From positions 1 through 54,071 of the forward strand of contig CAZWEA010000001.1 of NCBI GenBank assembly GCA_964632635.1: a stretch of DNA of 54,071 nucleotides, given 5' to 3'. Origin of the DNA: an uncultured Cocleimonas sp. (lineage in GTDB: Bacteria > Pseudomonadota > Gammaproteobacteria > Thiotrichales > Thiotrichaceae). The translations under genes were made by a program, and so were the position numbers. Of this stretch, positions 49,789 to 54,071 are shown piece after piece (within the stretch, counting starts at the first letter, position 1; the number at the start of each line of letters is the position of its first letter). The notes beneath the pieces were generated by a model. The model was given only the letters and a program-made list of their open reading frames with translations, was not told the origin of the DNA and made no database searches.

Positions 49789-50268
49789 CTAATTCCTTGA
49801 TTTATTATGTTGAGATACTGCTTTTAAATATTCACGCCAATAGATTTTTTTATTATTCTTGTTAATCCAAAACCCCCAGTGGTGTTTGTATTTCCCATGC
49901 CAAAAAAACATCCAAGCATTTTTATTGTTTACAATTCTATGTGCGGCGGCACGACGGCTGGATATACCATAAAGCATCTGGAAGCACTTCACCTTGCTCA
50001 CTCTTATTGAAGCATCGTTGTTCCTGATAAGCTCAATAAATTGACCCTTGAAAACAAAACGTCCCCAATTCCAAGGATAGTCACGGGTATGATTAAAATC
50101 GGAATCTACTAATTTTTGGATATATAAGCCTCTGCCGTGGTAAGTATTACCATTGTTTTTTTTGCCATAAAGAATATAGCGAATTAGATAAGGCTCAAAG
50201 TTAGCATTAATAATAACTTCTTTGCGGTTTAAGCGATGCATTAAGCTGTCTATACTTGATCTGATCAT
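49789..50268 (-). CDS. Hypothetical basic protein, possible degenerate cupin
   Basis: PYLIRY, DYPW, KG, HRI and WGF pattern. Confidence 0.55.
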   Translation of the reverse strand: MIRSSIDSLMHRLNRKEVIINANFEPYLIRYILYGKKNNGNTYHGRGLYIQKLVDSDFNHTRDYPWNWGRFVFKGQFIELIRNNDASIRVSKVKCFQMLYGISSRRAAAHRIVNNKNAWMFFWHGKYKHHWGFWINKNNKKIYWREYLKAVSQHNKSRN

Positions 50269-50367
50269 AGGTAATGGTATTCCTTGTCAAGGCATAGTTA
50301 CTGATAATAGTGGTTTATGTCAAGTTTATAGCCGTATGATTTTTATACAGTAATTGTAGAAGCTGGC

Positions 50368-51108
50368 TTATTTCTGTTGTCTTTGTCTTACCACCTCATA
50401 CAAACAAACACCCGTTGCAACAGAAACATTTAAACTGGATATCTTTCCCGCCATCGGAATAGAAATGAGCTCATCACAATGTTCTTCTGTTAAGCGTCGT
50501 AAACCTTTACCTTCTGCGCCCATGACAATCGCTGTGGGAGTTTTAAAATCCTGAGTATATACATCACCCCGAGCTTTATCGCTAGTGCCGATAAACCAAA
50601 TTCCTAGCTTTTTAATTTTTTCCATGGTGCGAACTAAGTTGGTAACCTGAATAAATGGTACAGTTTCGGCCGCACCAGATGCCACCTTACGAGCAGCAGG
50701 TGTTAAACCAACAGCATTATCCTTTGGTGCAATAACAGCATGAACGCCAGCACCCTCAGCGGTACGCAAACAAGCACCAAGATTATGCGGGTCAGTCACT
50801 CCATCAAGAACTAGCAGCAGTGGTGTTTCCTCAAGCTTATCAAGTAACACTAATAAGTCATCTTCTTTATAAGATGCAGGCGCGTTGTATTCTGCAACAA
50901 CACCTTGATGTTGGCGTGTTTTGGCAAGCTTATCTAACTGAGATATATCAGCACGATGCGCGATTAGTCCACGCTTTTGGGCGTGATTTATTAATTCTCT
51001 AACACGCTGGTTGCGTTTGTTTTCAGCAATCCAGACCTGAGTAATATTATCTGCATCATTTTTGAGAGCAGATTCGACGGCGTGGATTCCAGTAATTAAT
51101 GTCTTCAT
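50368..51108 (-). CDS. rlmB: 23S rRNA Gm2251 methyltransferase
   Basis: GIHAV, HQGVVA, DGVTDPHNLGACLR, GAEGKG and SLNVSVA motifs. Confidence 0.97.
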   Translation of the reverse strand: MKTLITGIHAVESALKNDADNITQVWIAENKRNQRVRELINHAQKRGLIAHRADISQLDKLAKTRQHQGVVAEYNAPASYKEDDLLVLLDKLEETPLLLVLDGVTDPHNLGACLRTAEGAGVHAVIAPKDNAVGLTPAARKVASGAAETVPFIQVTNLVRTMEKIKKLGIWFIGTSDKARGDVYTQDFKTPTAIVMGAEGKGLRRLTEEHCDELISIPMAGKISSLNVSVATGVCLYEVVRQRQQK

Positions 51109-51115
51109 AGTTTTA

Positions 51116-51231
51116 GCTACTCAGCTTATCTCCTGTTATGTCCAATTACGGTGTTAGAAATGCTCGTGTATGCTTATACACTTGCGCTTTTCTGGCTTGT
51201 ACTTGAACATAATAAAGCACAATTGAGCAGC
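51116..51231. repeat. ~116-bp imperfect palindromic intergenic element (ERIC/MITE-like)
   Basis: GCTACTCA/TGAGCAGC, TTATGTCCAATTAC/GTACTTGAACATAA, AGAAA/TTTCT and GTGTA/TACAC pairings. Confidence 0.7.
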
Positions 51232-51273
51232 GACCTTTTATTAATATAAAAAAGAAATAATTGGGAGAAATCC

Positions 51274-51576
51274 CTATTTAAACGTCCCAAGGCTTTGCAA
51301 ATTGAGGCAATTTATTGAGCCTTCTTTGTAACAAGCAAACCAGTCAGCCGCATTGGGAATATTCATCATTTCTTTTTCAGAGTTCTTGGCATCTTCCTGA
51401 GTTTCCCAGTAAACAATATCTGTATAATTATCATCGTTACTGTTTTTATGAATATCCCATTGGATGAACCCCGATTGTTTATTCATCCAGCTTTCGATGA
51501 TGCCACTGGCAACCTTGAGTAAATGTTGCTCGTCTATTCCGTCTGCTAACTGATAGCTAATTATATCTTTGTACAT
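51274..51576 (-). CDS. Small dimeric alpha/beta-barrel (ABM-like) hypothetical protein
   Basis: 100 aa; KQSGFI...YTDIVYWETQEDA pattern; AGGAG RBS. Confidence 0.7.
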   Translation of the reverse strand: MYKDIISYQLADGIDEQHLLKVASGIIESWMNKQSGFIQWDIHKNSNDDNYTDIVYWETQEDAKNSEKEMMNIPNAADWFACYKEGSINCLNLQSLGTFK

Positions 51577-51719
51577 TTTTCTCCTTATTTAGAAATAACA
51601 ACGATGATTATTTAGTCATGCTATTTCTTTATATGCACCAATTTAATAAGGCCTAATTTCTAATAAGCTTTACTAAATCCTAGTACAAATATGCATAGAT
51701 ATGGTCTGACTTTATAAAG

Positions 51720-53993
51720 TCACTTCTTCTTTTTCCCTTTCCACTTCTTATCCTTCTTCCCTTTTTTCTTCTTTTTTCGAGGCTTCTCATATCCATCGTC
51801 ACCAGAATCTGGCAGTGTAAAATCAATCTTGCGATCATCTAAATTAACACGGGCTACAACAATTTCTATGGGATCACCCAAGCGGAAGTTTTTGCCTGAG
51901 TTCTCGCCTGACATCATATGTTTTGCCGCATCGAAATGGTAGTAGTCACTTTTCAGTGCGGTAACGTGTACCAGACCTTCTACAAAGACTTCATCCAGTT
52001 CTACGAATAGGCCAAAGCTGGTAACAGTGGAGATAACACCTTTGAATGTCTCACCCACTTTATCAAGCATATATTCGGCTTTTAGCCATGCCATCACATC
52101 TCGGCTAGCATCATCAGCGCGTTGTTCGCATTGTGAACAGTGTTCGCCGAGTGCTTTCATTTTTGGGTAATCGTAATGATAACCTTTGGCACTTTTGTTA
52201 TTAATGATATGCAAAATGGCACGGTGGACTAATAGGTCAGGGTAGCGACGAATCGGTGAGGTGAAATGTGCATAGTGGTCACGTGATAAACCAAAGTGAC
52301 GTGTGCTTTCTGGATTTTCTTTGTCTACTGGCGCGTATTGCGCACGACTCATGGAGCGTAGCATCACAGTTTGAATTAGATGTGCATCAGGTCGATCAGT
52401 TACGCTATTGAGTAATTTGGCATAGTCTTTTGGTTGTGGCTTATCTCCGCCACCAAGAGATAAACCTAAGCCACCTAAAAACTCATGTACCTTAGTGAGT
52501 TTTTCAGTATTTGGCCCATCATGAACGCGGTGTAACGCAGGAATTTTATGTTTCTTTAAAAATTTTGCAGCACATACGTTAGCCGTAACCATGCACTCTT
52601 CAATTAGCTTGTGTGCATCATTACGTTCAGTTGGTTTTATGCTGTCTATTTTTTTATCATCGCCAAAAATAATTTGTGTTTCGCTTCTTTCAAAGTCAAT
52701 CGAACCACGCTCTGTTCTTGCTTTACGAAGGACTTTATAAAGAGCATAGAGATCATCTAAATGATCGGTGATTTCAGCATATTGTTTTCTTAAAGTAGCA
52801 TCTTTATCAACAACTATAGCTGCCATTTTGGTGTAAGTAAGGCGTGCAGCTGAGTGCATAACGGCACTTGTGAATTGATAATCAACTACCTGACCTTCAG
52901 GGTTTATAGTTGCTTCACACACCATGCATAAACGATCAACAGCAGGGTTTAAAGAACATAAACCATTAGAAATTTTCTCTGGCAACATCGGGATAACTTC
53001 CGCAGGGAAGTAAACCGAAGTACCACGGTTCCATGCTTCTTTATCGAGCGCACTATCTATTGGCACATAGTGCGAAACATCAGCAATGGCAACAGTGAGT
53101 TTCCAATTACCATCTTTTGTCTTTTCACAATAAACGGCATCATCAAAATCACGCGAATCTTCGCCATCAATCGTAACCAAAGGCATTTTACGTAAATCTG
53201 TGCGACCTTTCTTATCTTCTTCTAAAACTTCATCACTAAGTGACTCGGCTTCGGCTTTTGTTTCTGCTGGCCAAGTATGGGGTAAATCATGTGAGCGCAA
53301 GGCAATATCAATTTCCATACCAGGCGCCATATGATCACCAAGTGTTTCTACGATTTTACCAATGGGTTGATGTCGTGAGGTTGGATATTCGACAATACGC
53401 GTTACTACGATTTGACCATCTGTGGCATCACCAGCATTTTCAGGTGGAATAACAATATCCTGTGCAATGCGAGAGTTATCTGGCGTAACAAAGCCCAGCC
53501 CACTATCAACAAAATAACGACCGACTATGGATTCTGTATTATGTTCAAGAATTTCAACAATAGCTCCTTCACGACGACCTTTGCGGTCAAGCCCTGTTAC
53601 GCTGGCAAGTACAATATCGCCATGCAAAACCTTACGCATTTGTTTGCCATGCAGGTATAAATCTGAACTGCCATCTTCTGGCAATAAAAAGCCAAAACCA
53701 TCAGGATGACCAGAAACACGACCCTTAACTAAATCAGCTTTAGTCGTGGGAATATAGGTTTTATTGCGATTGTAAATAATTTGCCCATCGCGCTCCATAG
53801 CACGCAGCCGATATTTCATCGCATCAAGATCTTGAGATTCCTCCAATCCGAGTTTATCAGCAAGGTCGCGAAAACCAATAGGCCCTCCGCTTTTTTCCAT
53901 GACTTCAAGCATTAGCTCACGGCTAGGAATAGGGCGACCATATTTCTTGGCTTCACGTTTTTTATGTGGATCTTTATAATTTTGTTTACTCAT
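51720..53993 (-). CDS. rnr: Ribonuclease R
   Basis: GHPDGFGF, TIDGEDSRDFDDA, HFTSPIRRYPDL, S1 domain and Lys-rich tail. Confidence 0.98.
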   Translation of the reverse strand: MSKQNYKDPHKKREAKKYGRPIPSRELMLEVMEKSGGPIGFRDLADKLGLEESQDLDAMKYRLRAMERDGQIIYNRNKTYIPTTKADLVKGRVSGHPDGFGFLLPEDGSSDLYLHGKQMRKVLHGDIVLASVTGLDRKGRREGAIVEILEHNTESIVGRYFVDSGLGFVTPDNSRIAQDIVIPPENAGDATDGQIVVTRIVEYPTSRHQPIGKIVETLGDHMAPGMEIDIALRSHDLPHTWPAETKAEAESLSDEVLEEDKKGRTDLRKMPLVTIDGEDSRDFDDAVYCEKTKDGNWKLTVAIADVSHYVPIDSALDKEAWNRGTSVYFPAEVIPMLPEKISNGLCSLNPAVDRLCMVCEATINPEGQVVDYQFTSAVMHSAARLTYTKMAAIVVDKDATLRKQYAEITDHLDDLYALYKVLRKARTERGSIDFERSETQIIFGDDKKIDSIKPTERNDAHKLIEECMVTANVCAAKFLKKHKIPALHRVHDGPNTEKLTKVHEFLGGLGLSLGGGDKPQPKDYAKLLNSVTDRPDAHLIQTVMLRSMSRAQYAPVDKENPESTRHFGLSRDHYAHFTSPIRRYPDLLVHRAILHIINNKSAKGYHYDYPKMKALGEHCSQCEQRADDASRDVMAWLKAEYMLDKVGETFKGVISTVTSFGLFVELDEVFVEGLVHVTALKSDYYHFDAAKHMMSGENSGKNFRLGDPIEIVVARVNLDDRKIDFTLPDSGDDGYEKPRKKKKKGKKDKKWKGKKKK

Positions 53994-54071
53994 GGTGCGC
54001 TATTCTACCTGACATAATCTATAAAGATAGAATAGTTATGAGTTCACTACTGGGAATGAGGTTTAAGTAGT

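Noticed and set aside
51723-51785. Lys-rich low-complexity tail of RNase R
   Set aside because: A basic C-terminal tail is a normal feature of RNase R.
821-53709. Many 60-171 aa ORFs overlapping annotated genes (e.g. 29758-30273, 35158-35628, 37245-37760, 20297-20698)
   Set aside because: They are antisense or alternate-frame shadows of conserved genes with no recognisable motifs.
1-54071. CRISPR arrays, tRNA/rRNA genes, IS elements, prophage
   Set aside because: No regularly spaced repeats, cloverleaf signatures, transposases or integrases were seen by eye.

Overview
AT-rich gammaproteobacterial chromosomal segment, mostly housekeeping genes; gene content loosely suggests a marine sulfur-oxidiser such as Thiotrichales, which is an inference only. 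It carries rep, icd-clpS-clpA, the yrbG-kdsDC-lptCAB-rpoN-hpf-ptsN-rapZ operon, a GDP-fucose block (gmd-fcl-manC-manB plus a WecA-like transferase), mfd, minCDE, chrA, aceE-aceF-lpdA, rnt, nth, several sulfurtransferases, rlmB and rnr. I saw no tRNA, rRNA, CRISPR array, transposase or integrase. The most notable unexplained signal is a non-palindromic, intergenic 29-bp motif (ATGGCA-C8-T6-WNANNATTG) present six times, five at full length and one as a 27-bp variant; its orientation flips near 35 kb. Other signals are two related ~117-bp palindromic elements, an EIIA-Ntr lacking its phospho-His, an IDH lacking the NADP determinants, and two apparent pseudo metal-binding domains. All family assignments come from reading motifs, not from database searches.
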